64,000 nt of DNA from a virus, in the IMG/VR virus record IMGVR_UViG_3300023184_008808, positions 1 to 64,000 of that record. One strand, 5' to 3'. The position numbers and the translations under genes are program-made. The notes under the pieces are model-generated. The model saw nothing but the letters and a program-made list of their open reading frames with translations. It was not told the origin of the DNA and did no database searches. Each line of letters starts with the position of its first letter. Position 1 is the stretch's first letter. Of the stretch, positions 49,911-58,944 are shown piece by piece.

Positions 49911-50346
49911 AATGGTTCATATCTTAAATAAAAATAAGAACATTGTTGATGTTTCTGCCAACCAATATCACAAATTGGAATTTGCTTCTGTTGCAGCAAA
50001 CCTTGGATTCTATGTTTTGCGACACAAAACTCAAGGCTGGAGCATCACTCAAACAAATATACCTTCTTCTTTAAAAGAGGATCATATTGATCCTGTTCCA
50101 GAAAAATTAAATAAACTTATCTTTGTTCTTAAAAATATTCCAGTTAGTGTAAAGAATTTTGAAAAACAAATGAAGAATTTTATTGATTTAAGGAATCAAT
50201 CTAAGCCAATAAAGTCTTTCTTTTTAAAATACCAATGTCAATGTCCTCCGCCATATAACAGCATTCGATCTGGCCGTCGCCCAGATAGTCCAAATGCTCC
50301 TGAAGTTTTTTGTAAAAAATGTCAATCTGACTTTGTTTGTTCTTAG
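49714..50346 (+). CDS. SprT-like metalloprotease
   Basis: YNYLNKELF, HEMVH, YHK..F, CQC...CKKC. Confidence 0.8.
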   Translation: MISIITQIYNYLNKELFAGSLSSPQIQYRMNRKYAMRWESETNILHIGADFIDLNLINTGIFLIHEMVHILNKNKNIVDVSANQYHKLEFASVAANLGFYVLRHKTQGWSITQTNIPSSLKEDHIDPVPEKLNKLIFVLKNIPVSVKNFEKQMKNFIDLRNQSKPIKSFFLKYQCQCPPPYNSIRSGRRPDSPNAPEVFCKKCQSDFVCS

Positions 50347-50699
50347 TGAATGCTAGCTTCTGGATCAAATCGTTTTATGATTTTTATGTAAATGATATAC
50401 AAAAGAATAGTAGTAATGGTAAATTCAAGGAAACTGCCAATGAATTTACCAATTTCAAAGTCCATACCATTAGTCGGGCTAAAAATTAACAGTCTCCAAT
50501 CGCCGCCAGTTGCTGTTACTGTAAATTTTATGATTGGCATGATGATAGATTCAGAGATTGCCGTCACAAATTTTTGCATAGAATTTGCCATGATTAGTGC
50601 AAGAGCCATGGCAAACAAGTTTTTACCAAAGGCAAATTTCTTGTAATCGTTAAATTCTTGCTGAATTTTCTCGGTGTTTACAAACTTTTTTTCTTCCAT
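50343..50699 (-). CDS. mscL: large-conductance mechanosensitive channel-like protein
   Basis: KKFAFGKNLFAMALALIM, IIMPII, IGKFIGS. Confidence 0.8.
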   Translation of the reverse strand: MEEKKFVNTEKIQQEFNDYKKFAFGKNLFAMALALIMANSMQKFVTAISESIIMPIIKFTVTATGGDWRLLIFSPTNGMDFEIGKFIGSFLEFTITTILLYIIYIKIIKRFDPEASIH

Positions 50700-50720
50700 G
50701 TTTTATTTACGACAGACAGC

Positions 50721-50880
50721 TTTACAAAAAATAACTTCTTAGGTAAGATCACTTCATGTAATCGTCCAGAGCGAGGTGATGGAGCCTCGCTGTCTGACAC
50801 GCCGCCTGTTTAGGCGTCAAATTTACCTTTGGAGTGTTTCCAAGGGAGTTTCGTGTGTCCATTCGTTAAGGATAACAAGT
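50721..50880 (+). promoter_or_regulatory. sigma70-like promoter and structured GGA-rich 5' leader
   Basis: TTTACA-17-TAAGAT; three hairpins, the first with an ATGGA loop. Confidence 0.65.
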
Positions 50881-52128
50881 ATGATGAAGAATATTGATTC
50901 GCAAGATTTCCCAATGCAGCGTTTACCTCAAGGATGTAAACATTTATATGGAAATCTTTTCATGGTTCCTTTTAGTGCCATCAAAACCCCTGATGCAAAA
51001 GAATCATCAGAAGGTTCATATAAATTTAAAAATCCTCGAATGTTGGTAGAACGGGGACAAGCAGATTTGCTTGATAAAAAGCTTTGTAAAGATTTACGGG
51101 ATAGTATCAAACATCGAACTTTGCTTAATCCACTCGTTTGTCGTTGGGTTGAAGATGGCGAAAAGCTTGTTCCAATGATCCTTGGTGGAGATCGTCGTTA
51201 TCGTTCCCTTGATTATCTTATTCGCAAAAAAGAAGAAGTTACTGATCCACGAGGTGTTTCCGTTGAAAATGGAACATGGACTTATCAGAAAATTACAGCT
51301 GATCAAGCTTATGAATATGTTCTGTGCCAAGTTTTTGCAGTCAGTGATGATCTTGAAGCTCTTGCCCTTTCTTGGGCAGAGAACAAGACTCGTATTAACT
51401 TGACAGATGGTCATGAAATTGCAGAAGTCATTAAATTGCGTGAAGCTAATGCTACTGATGGTCAAATTCTTGACATTTTACAACAAGACCAAAAATGGCT
51501 TGCAGAAACTGATCGTTTGATCGATGGTCTTGATTCAAATAGTCTTGCCGATCTTTTGGAAGGTCGAATTGATCGTGGTTCTGCTGAGGAACTCGTCAAA
51601 ATTGAAGATGTCGAAATGCGTAATCAAGTTCGAACTATGGCTACCGAGGCTGCTGCCGAAACTTGTGAACGCAAAATTGAGCGAATTAAGAAAAAAATGG
51701 ATAAGTCTATGGAAGCCTTAGAATTGGCAGAAGGCTCTGTAGCCTTTGCTTCTAGTGAAGAAGACTTAAATGATGCAAATAACGACCTTTCTCTTGCAAA
51801 GGCAGATGTTCGTAAATTAACTGACAAAGCTAAAGAAGTTCGTCCTGTAGCAACAGCTAAGCATATTAGAAGTGCCGCAGAACAAATGGGTGGCAGTACT
51901 CCTCGAAAAAGGGCTAAAACTGAATCTGCTTCTAAATTAAAAGGTTTAAGTATTAAAAAAGGTGTTGAATATATCAACGGTTTAATTCGAAATAATGGTT
52001 CTTGTCATAGTGGGACTTTTAAAGCTCATATTGATGCTTTGCGTTTAGTTAACAAATTGTTAACTGAAAATGTTTTGACAGGAAATGATGATTGGGAAAG
52101 CACTTTGCGTAATCACTACGGAAAGTAA
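50881..52128 (+). CDS. ParB N-terminal domain protein with coiled coil
   Basis: NPR, LRDSIK..LLNPL, GDRRYR, AENKTR. Confidence 0.8.
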   Translation: MMKNIDSQDFPMQRLPQGCKHLYGNLFMVPFSAIKTPDAKESSEGSYKFKNPRMLVERGQADLLDKKLCKDLRDSIKHRTLLNPLVCRWVEDGEKLVPMILGGDRRYRSLDYLIRKKEEVTDPRGVSVENGTWTYQKITADQAYEYVLCQVFAVSDDLEALALSWAENKTRINLTDGHEIAEVIKLREANATDGQILDILQQDQKWLAETDRLIDGLDSNSLADLLEGRIDRGSAEELVKIEDVEMRNQVRTMATEAAAETCERKIERIKKKMDKSMEALELAEGSVAFASSEEDLNDANNDLSLAKADVRKLTDKAKEVRPVATAKHIRSAAEQMGGSTPRKRAKTESASKLKGLSIKKGVEYINGLIRNNGSCHSGTFKAHIDALRLVNKLLTENVLTGNDDWESTLRNHYGK

Positions 52129-52148
52129 TTAAGTTTTTTAAAAAATAT

Positions 52149-52187
52149 AAGATAAAGCTCGGTTTTAATATCGAGCTTTATCTTTTT
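52149..52187 (+). terminator. intrinsic terminator
   Basis: AAGATAAAGCTCG/CGAGCTTTATCTT. Confidence 0.8.
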
Positions 52188-52211
52188 GTTTTTTAAGGCA
52201 TACATAATTTA

Positions 52212-52523
52212 ATGATCCAAGTTTGTCCGCATTGCGGCTACCAACTTCAGCATATCTTAAAAGATGGGCTCACAAATTGCTCCCATTGCAATCAGGTTTT
52301 TGATTCTAGCGATTTAAATCAATTATTATCAGCAGCTTGGCATATTCGTCGTCAAAATTGGTCTCTTGAGCAATTAAAATGGCATTTAAAAATAGACGAT
52401 GCTCTAGCTATACTTGTTTATACATTTGTTTCTGATCATGGCTATACTCACGAAGAGTTTTTAAATTTATTGAAAAAACTCGGAGTAGCACATAAGTCAT
52501 ATATCAAATATAACAACGAATAA
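52212..52523 (+). CDS. zinc-ribbon protein
   Basis: CPHC, CSHC; TACATA 5 nt upstream. Confidence 0.7.
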   Translation: MIQVCPHCGYQLQHILKDGLTNCSHCNQVFDSSDLNQLLSAAWHIRRQNWSLEQLKWHLKIDDALAILVYTFVSDHGYTHEEFLNLLKKLGVAHKSYIKYNNE

Positions 52524-52571
52524 AAGAAACCCCTATAAAAGGGGTTATATTATCAATATAAATTTAAAAAA

Positions 52572-52793
52572 TCATGCTGTTTCTGCTGAAATTTGCCCAA
52601 TAGGAGCACGAGGGTCAATCTCGATGTTATTTCCTTCAAGTTCTGAACGCAACACAGTGATCTTTTTATCAGCTTCAATGCCTATTCTGACCTTGTTGCG
52701 ATTATCAATACGGACCACGGTGATTTTGATATCTTCCATGCCGGGGCCTTTAAGAATAATCGTTTCATCCTTTTTTCGACTTAGTACGAGCAT
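52572..52793 (-). CDS. csrA: carbon storage regulator CsrA (copy 2)
   Basis: MLVLSRKKDETI...KVRIGIEA...VLRSEL. Confidence 0.92.
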   Translation of the reverse strand: MLVLSRKKDETIILKGPGMEDIKITVVRIDNRNKVRIGIEADKKITVLRSELEGNNIEIDPRAPIGQISAETA

Positions 52794-53021
52794 TTTACTT
52801 CCTTTCGTGCCTGATTCCTTGAGCCAAGCTGTACTCACTATCTAAGGAGTTAGTTATCGATTTTTTTTATTGATATGGACAGTATTTTTATTTTTTGCTA
52901 TACAATCAAAGTAAATAGGCGTTTAATAATATTGATGACTCATCGGGAGAGTTATCAAATGTGTTGTTAGTATTTGTCCGTGACTAACAGCATTTCAGGT
53001 ACGGACGGGAATAGGTGCAAT

Positions 53022-53483
53022 ATGTCTCAGTGGCAAAATCAGTTGAATGCGTTGAAGATTGAGATCGAAACTAAGTCAAAGCAATTGGCTCTTATTGAGC
53101 AGTTAATTGCTTTGGAAGCTAAACATACTCATGGTGAGGATGTAAAGGATCTTCCTGTTTTTGGTGCTACTGCTAATGATAGTGACGAAGATAATGAGAA
53201 GACCAGCAAGCGACGAGTTGCTAATCTTTCAAAGCTTCGCCGAGAACTTTCTGATAATGAAAAGAATATGAAGCTTCCTTCACTTCTTATTATGCTTGGT
53301 CAGCAAAACGCTGGTCGTTCTGTCACTTATAAAGAGCTTGCCGAAATGGTGCAAGAATCTGGATATTCAACCGAGTCGAAGAATTTTAGCAACATGGTTT
53401 ATCAGAGCTTACAAAAGCTTGTTAATCGTGGTTTTTATACAAAGAATGATGAAACTCGTGAATATCAATATGTTGGAAAATAA
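53022..53483 (+). CDS. coiled-coil plus winged-helix DNA-binding protein
   Basis: TYKELAEMV..GY.T.SKNF.NMVYQSL.KL..RG. Confidence 0.7.
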   Translation: MSQWQNQLNALKIEIETKSKQLALIEQLIALEAKHTHGEDVKDLPVFGATANDSDEDNEKTSKRRVANLSKLRRELSDNEKNMKLPSLLIMLGQQNAGRSVTYKELAEMVQESGYSTESKNFSNMVYQSLQKLVNRGFYTKNDETREYQYVGK

Positions 53484-53518
53484 TTACCTTTTTAACCTTT
53501 TTAATGAGGAAGTGTCAT

Positions 53519-53890
53519 ATGGAAAATTCAGAAAAGAAAATCATAAAAACACATTTTGTTAGAGATGTCTTGGAAAGGATCGGGGCTTTTGATAAAAATT
53601 GCCCTGATGATTGGCGTCAACAGGTAATTCAAGCTTTACAGAATGAAGGAATCCAAATGCATCCTAATGCCATATATGGGGTGCGTCAGAGGGCTATGAA
53701 CAAGATGAAGCAATTGCATCGAGTTTTGAGCCGAAAAAAACAACATGGTCAAGATGCTTTGTTTGATTCTCGAAATTCTAAACAGCTTACAATTGCTGAT
53801 TTACTTGCGTTTCAGCAATTTTCTAAAAGTTTTGGTGGAATTGATAAGGTTAAAAATGCCATTAGAGCTATGGAGGCTTTAATTCAATAA
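53519..53890 (+). CDS. hypothetical protein of a planctomycete-like (possibly nucleoid-associated) family
   Basis: C-terminal LTIADLL...FGGIDKVKNAIRAM. Confidence 0.65.
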   Translation: MENSEKKIIKTHFVRDVLERIGAFDKNCPDDWRQQVIQALQNEGIQMHPNAIYGVRQRAMNKMKQLHRVLSRKKQHGQDALFDSRNSKQLTIADLLAFQQFSKSFGGIDKVKNAIRAMEALIQ

Positions 53891-53912
53891 TTTTAACCTA
53901 AAACAATTAAAT

Positions 53913-53940
53913 AAAGGGCGCTCTTTGAGCGCCTTTTTTT
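53913..53940 (+). terminator. intrinsic terminator
   Basis: GGCGCTC/GAGCGCC followed by a T-run. Confidence 0.85.
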
Positions 53941-54029
53941 ATTTTTAGGCACTATTTAAATATTGGCGTGTATTTATTTTAGATTTTTTGGTATAGTACT
54001 TTCGTTCAACATGTCTTTTTGAGGTTAGC

Positions 54030-55301
54030 ATGAGTAAAAAGAAAAGCCCAGTCTGTGATTACTGTGGCAAACCCAGTTCTCAGGTTGGCCTATTAGTAGA
54101 AAGTCCTGTCTCTGATAAAGAACAAAATGGACGACCTGCTGGTGGTAAGGTTTATATTTGTGGCAGTTGTGTTGATATATGCCAAACTATGGTTGTTCAA
54201 AAGATGAAATCTCCTTCTTTAACATTTATTTCTAATCATATTCCTTCTCCCAAGCAAATTGTTGCTTATCTTGATAAGTCTATCATTGGACAAGATAGTG
54301 CTAAAAAAGCTTTGGCTGTAGCCATTACAAATCATTACAAAAGACTTCAAGATAATAATTTAGATCGGGATGATGATCTTTTTGCTGATGTTACTCTTGA
54401 AAAAAGCAATATTCTTCTCATCGGTCCAACTGGTTGTGGCAAAACATCTCTTGCTCGCACATTAGCACACATATTAAAAGTTCCATTTGCAATTGGTGAT
54501 GCAACCACATTGACAGAGGCGGGTTATGTTGGCGAAGATGTAGAAAATCTTGTTTTAAAATTATTACGAGAGGCAGATTTTAAAGTTGAATTGGCTCAAA
54601 CTGGAATTATTTTTTTAGATGAGTTAGACAAAATTGGTAAAACTTCACAAAATGTTTCGATTACTAGAGATGTAAGCGGTGAAGGAGTTCAACAAGCTTT
54701 GTTGAAAATGCTTGAAGGCACAACTTGTAATGTTCCACCGGGAGGGGGCAGGAAACATCCCGAACAACAATACATTCAAATTGATACAACAAACATTTTA
54801 TTTATTTGTGGCGGTGCTTTTGTTGGTCTCGATGAGATTATTCGTCGTCGTATTGGCAAAGCCACCATGGGTTTTAATCCCTCTGCAAAAAAAGATGAAA
54901 ACGAATGGATTTTGGAATATGTAACCGAGGACGATCTTATTGAGTATGGTCTTATTCCTGAAATTATTGGTCGTCTTCCTGTTATTACTCCTTTGAAGGG
55001 TCTTGATGAAGAAGCGATGATTAAGATATTGACTGAACCAAAAGATGCTTTAGTCAAACAATATCAGAAAATGTGTCATAAAGATAATGTTAAACTAATG
55101 TTTACAAACGAGGCATTGTCTTTGATTGCTAAAAAGGCTATAGATAAAGGCACTGGAGCTCGTGGTCTCAGAAGCGTCATGGAAAGTTTCATGATAGAAA
55201 TTATGTACCATTTATCAGATCATGATGGAGAAAGCGTTGTAGTAACAAAAGAAGTCGTTGAAGGTGGAACAGCTATTTTTACAAAAAATAGAGCAGCTTA
55301 A
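54030..55301 (+). CDS. clpX: ATP-dependent Clp protease ATPase ClpX
   Basis: C4 zinc domain, [28 protein letters not shown] loop, GARGLR. Confidence 0.97.
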   Translation: MSKKKSPVCDYCGKPSSQVGLLVESPVSDKEQNGRPAGGKVYICGSCVDICQTMVVQKMKSPSLTFISNHIPSPKQIVAYLDKSIIGQDSAKKALAVAITNHYKRLQDNNLDRDDDLFADVTLEKSNILLIGPTGCGKTSLARTLAHILKVPFAIGDATTLTEAGYVGEDVENLVLKLLREADFKVELAQTGIIFLDELDKIGKTSQNVSITRDVSGEGVQQALLKMLEGTTCNVPPGGGRKHPEQQYIQIDTTNILFICGGAFVGLDEIIRRRIGKATMGFNPSAKKDENEWILEYVTEDDLIEYGLIPEIIGRLPVITPLKGLDEEAMIKILTEPKDALVKQYQKMCHKDNVKLMFTNEALSLIAKKAIDKGTGARGLRSVMESFMIEIMYHLSDHDGESVVVTKEVVEGGTAIFTKNRAA

Positions 55302-55315
55302 CTCTGGTATCTTAA

Positions 55316-55966
55316 ATGACGCAAATATTGAGACTCATCGGTGATTGTCATGGGAAGATGTATGAATATTTAAATATTGCTAAAGAAGCTGATTTCTCTA
55401 TCCAATTAGGTGATTTAGGATTCAGATATGATTTGCTTACAAAACTTTCCTCTGACAGTCACAAAGTTTTAGGTGGAAATCATGATAATTATGAAAAAAT
55501 AAATAATATATTTGTTAATCAGACATCTCATTTTCTTGGTGATTATGGTTTGCATGTAGTGCCCGGTGAAGCTCCTATTTATTTTGTAAGGGGCGGGCAT
55601 AGTATTGATAAAGAATATAGGAAAATTGGTATAGATTGGTGGCCTGACGAGCAGCTATCTTATGTCAAGATGGTAGAAGCTTTGGATGCGTACATAGCAT
55701 CCAAGCCGCAAATTGTAATTTCTCATGAATGTCCGAAGAGAATTATACCTGAGGTAAGTACTTTGTCCTTGTGGAAAGGCAATCCTATACCTCCCAGTGC
55801 AACTTCTCTTATGCTGGACTATATGTTTGATGTTTATAAACCAAAGTATTGGTTTTTTGGTCATCATCACAAAAGTTGGCAGGCAACAGTAGAAGGAACA
55901 AATTTTATTTGTTTAGATGAGTTAGAAGAATATGACATCTTTTTGTCTAACCCTTTGGGAAATTAG
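55316..55966 (+). CDS. metallophosphoesterase
   Basis: GDCHG, GD, GNHD, GHHH. Confidence 0.88.
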   Translation: MTQILRLIGDCHGKMYEYLNIAKEADFSIQLGDLGFRYDLLTKLSSDSHKVLGGNHDNYEKINNIFVNQTSHFLGDYGLHVVPGEAPIYFVRGGHSIDKEYRKIGIDWWPDEQLSYVKMVEALDAYIASKPQIVISHECPKRIIPEVSTLSLWKGNPIPPSATSLMLDYMFDVYKPKYWFFGHHHKSWQATVEGTNFICLDELEEYDIFLSNPLGN

Positions 55967-55971
55967 GAAAC

Positions 55972-56577
55972 ATGGATTATAAAGTTGCAACTTATTTCAG
56001 TTCAGAAAATTGGGAATCTCAAGGCCTTAATTGGCTTAGAACTGCAAAATCGCTTTCACTTACTGGATATATTATAGGATATAATCTTTCTGAAGAAGCC
56101 ACATCTAAGATTAGTCAATTAGGTTTTATTTGTCTTCCTCTTAAAGAAGATGAAAACAATCGTGTGAAAATTTTTCAAAAGTTTATTTCACAATTGAAGC
56201 CTCAAGAGCGTTGTATGTGGCTTACTCCTAGTCTTTTGCCTAAAGCTAACTTTGAAACAGAGTCAGATTTAGTTTGTGAATTAACTAAATCTGATATTTT
56301 TAATCTTACAGAGCCTGTAACAAATTTATATGATCGTGCTGCAATGATTGAATCTTTGCGTGAAAAAATTGAAAAAAAATATTCTGGTTATTTTTCAACT
56401 CGATATGTTCTTGCAACCAGTGAATTCTGGCATGGATTTTTAGGTTGTTTGCAATATATGCAAGAAAAAAGTTATTTTGATGCTAATACATCAACAGAAG
56501 AACTGATTCTGAATTTTTTTACTGCTTTTGCCAATCGGTTTACTGTTGAGGTGAAAGACTATGATTCAGTTATTTGA
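55972..56577 (+). CDS. hypothetical protein
   Basis: SD AGGA. Confidence 0.65.
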   Translation: MDYKVATYFSSENWESQGLNWLRTAKSLSLTGYIIGYNLSEEATSKISQLGFICLPLKEDENNRVKIFQKFISQLKPQERCMWLTPSLLPKANFETESDLVCELTKSDIFNLTEPVTNLYDRAAMIESLREKIEKKYSGYFSTRYVLATSEFWHGFLGCLQYMQEKSYFDANTSTEELILNFFTAFANRFTVEVKDYDSVI

Positions 56578-56782
56578 TAATGCAACCAGTTTTGAGAAGC
56601 ATCGTTTAATGCTTACTTTTAGATATTTTGGCTTAAGCTTTAATCTAATTTTGGCAGAAGCTTTATTGCGTTTGGATCGTAAATTTCAAATAGATTCCTT
56701 GTGTCCTTTGCCACAAGACGAATTAAGCAAGAAACTTTTAGAGATTTATAGTTACTACTATAAAACATGTTCTTCCAAATGA
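56561..56782 (+). CDS. hypothetical protein
   Basis: Overlap-coupled ORF. Confidence 0.55.
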   Translation: MIQLFDNATSFEKHRLMLTFRYFGLSFNLILAEALLRLDRKFQIDSLCPLPQDELSKKLLEIYSYYYKTCSSK

Positions 56783-56889
56783 TGTATGAACTAGGTTCTT
56801 TTGTATTTTTTATAATAGCCGTAGGTTTATCATGTCTCACAATTATGTGTCTGACTGATATGGCCTCTTATGGCAGGAGAGACGAATGA
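56782..56889 (+). CDS. small TM protein
   Basis: Manual call; overlaps flanking stop and start codons. Confidence 0.45.
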   Translation: MYELGSFVFFIIAVGLSCLTIMCLTDMASYGRRDE

Positions 56890-57317
56890 CTATGCTTTTG
56901 TTTGTTTATGGTACATTAAAAAACGGTCATGTACGCAATAATGCGTTAGATCAATGTCGTTATTTGGGAACAGCAATAACTGTTTCAAAATATGGAATGT
57001 ACCATTATGGTGGATTCCCAGCAGTAATTGATGAATCTTGCCCCAGTGCTCGTTCAGGAATGTCTTTAGATACCAAAATTCATGGCGAATTATGGGAAGT
57101 AGGACACGATGATCTTATAAGTTTAGATCGCATAGAAGGTGTAGATTCTAATTTATTTAATCGTAAACTTATTGATCTTGAAAGCGTTACTTTATTTCGT
57201 CATCCTCTTTCTAAAGAAGTTTGGTCTTTGTTAGAGAACAAAAAAGCAGAAGCATATCTTTTTATGCAAGATTTGCGTGGATCTGCTCAGCTTAATGGTT
57301 TTTGGCCAAGAAAATAA
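56886..57317 (+). CDS. gamma-glutamylcyclotransferase (AIG2-like)
   Basis: FVYGTLK, GELWEV, LDRIEG. Confidence 0.9.
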   Translation: MTMLLFVYGTLKNGHVRNNALDQCRYLGTAITVSKYGMYHYGGFPAVIDESCPSARSGMSLDTKIHGELWEVGHDDLISLDRIEGVDSNLFNRKLIDLESVTLFRHPLSKEVWSLLENKKAEAYLFMQDLRGSAQLNGFWPRK

Positions 57318-57337
57318 TTATTATGTAGAGGGGTGAT

Positions 57338-57706
57338 ATGGAATTTTTAGGTTTTAATGGTGGCCTCATTATTGGGGCTTTGCTTGCTTCTATTATTTAT
57401 TTTTTTCATCGTCTTTCTCTTCTCCGATCTCTTCGTCAAGCGGAATCAAGATCGGTTATGGCTGATTTGGAGCTTGCAACTACTGCACAGTTAAAAAAAG
57501 AATTAAGAAATCGTCCCAATAATCCATTTGTTTATGTAACACCAATTACTGAAAAATTTATGCAAGGTGTTCAAGTTGAATTTAATGCTATAAATGCTTA
57601 TAATGCGGTTTCAATGCTTCATTTGGCAACAATGCTTATTCGTAATGAGATGAAGAACAAAGGATTGGAAGTTCCAGATCTTCCTATTTATTTTTCAGAA
57701 GACTGA
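57338..57706 (+). CDS. membrane protein
   Basis: N-terminal TM; SD GAGGGG. Confidence 0.65.
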   Translation: MEFLGFNGGLIIGALLASIIYFFHRLSLLRSLRQAESRSVMADLELATTAQLKKELRNRPNNPFVYVTPITEKFMQGVQVEFNAINAYNAVSMLHLATMLIRNEMKNKGLEVPDLPIYFSED

Positions 57707-57713
57707 GGTTTCT

Positions 57714-58856
57714 ATGTTTGTTAAAAAAGCGAAGATTTGTCTTAACACAATGGTTGCAAATGAGTCACACATAATTATTCGCATGTTGGAGTCTTGTTAT
57801 AAATATATTGATTATTGGGTTATTCAAGATAATGGATCTACAGATGGCACTCAAGATTTGATTGAAAATTTTTTTAATCAAAAGAATATACCCGGATTTC
57901 TTTATTCCACTCCATGGAATTTTCCCGGCATCAATCGTGATCACGCTCTTCAAACATGTTTGAGTCATGATCATGGTTGTGATTGGATTCTTAGAATCGA
58001 TGCTGACGAAGCTCTTGTTGTAGATGATGCTTTTGATTGGTCTATTCTCGATAACAAAAGCGTTCAAAGCTTTCAAATTTTTGCTCAACAAAATAATTTT
58101 AATTATTATCGTTGTTGGCTATGGAACTCTAAATTACCGTGGCGCTTCAAGCATGATAAACGCCATGAAACAATTTATTTAGATCAGCAAAATATTGGCG
58201 AAAGTTTTCAACGAGTTAATTTACCTACTAGTTTTCGTCATATTGTTTACAGTGATGGCCAGACATGGCGTAACACAACAAAGTTTTTTACTGATGCGTT
58301 AGAGTTAGAAAAAGATTTGTTGAATCAAAAGAGCATGGCCACAGATCTTTATCATCTTTTTTATTTGGCTAAAAGTTATCGTGATGCCGCTTTTGATTTT
58401 CGAAGTACATTTCCTTTTGGTGAGGATCAATTGATTGAATGTTGTCGGCGATCTATTTTTTATTTTAAAAAACATTTAGACTTAACCCATCAATTTCATG
58501 AATTTAAAAAGCCTAAATTTTGGGATGAAACTGCTTATGTTTGTATGGTATTTATTGGTGAGCTATATGATCGTTTAAAAGACGACACAAGCGCTTTATA
58601 CTACTATTCTAATGCAGAACAGTTTTGCGATAGACGCAATGAACATTTGGTAAAACAAGCAGAATTATACAGTCGCAATGGAGATCGTATCAATTTTTTT
58701 GCATGTACTTCTCGTTTGATAAATGAAAAAAAACTTAACCCCTGTCCAGAATTAAGTTTTTTCGTTAATAACATGGCATATGTTAATACTGGAAATTACA
58801 TTAACGATTTGCACACATTAGCTTGCATGTTGAACAACACACTTACAGCCAACTAA
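57714..58856 (+). CDS. GT2 glycosyltransferase with a TPR-like C-terminus
   Basis: ICLNTMVANE, DNGSTDGT, IDADE, HE, FYLAKSY. Confidence 0.88.
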   Translation: MFVKKAKICLNTMVANESHIIIRMLESCYKYIDYWVIQDNGSTDGTQDLIENFFNQKNIPGFLYSTPWNFPGINRDHALQTCLSHDHGCDWILRIDADEALVVDDAFDWSILDNKSVQSFQIFAQQNNFNYYRCWLWNSKLPWRFKHDKRHETIYLDQQNIGESFQRVNLPTSFRHIVYSDGQTWRNTTKFFTDALELEKDLLNQKSMATDLYHLFYLAKSYRDAAFDFRSTFPFGEDQLIECCRRSIFYFKKHLDLTHQFHEFKKPKFWDETAYVCMVFIGELYDRLKDDTSALYYYSNAEQFCDRRNEHLVKQAELYSRNGDRINFFACTSRLINEKKLNPCPELSFFVNNMAYVNTGNYINDLHTLACMLNNTLTAN

Positions 58857-58944
58857 TTTTAAATATTTTTTAAAATCTTGCATGTTGTTTGGGTGCATCA
58901 AAATGAGGGTATATACTCCTTATAAGTAATGAGGAGTATATTTA

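Noticed and set aside
50776-50880. N-terminal extension of the ParB-like ORF
   Set aside because: Lies in the structured leader just after the promoter; the SD precedes 50881.
29966-57317. Amidoligase and GGCT as one peptide-modification operon
   Set aside because: They are 26 kb apart with no linked glutamine amidotransferase or ATP-grasp gene in the window.
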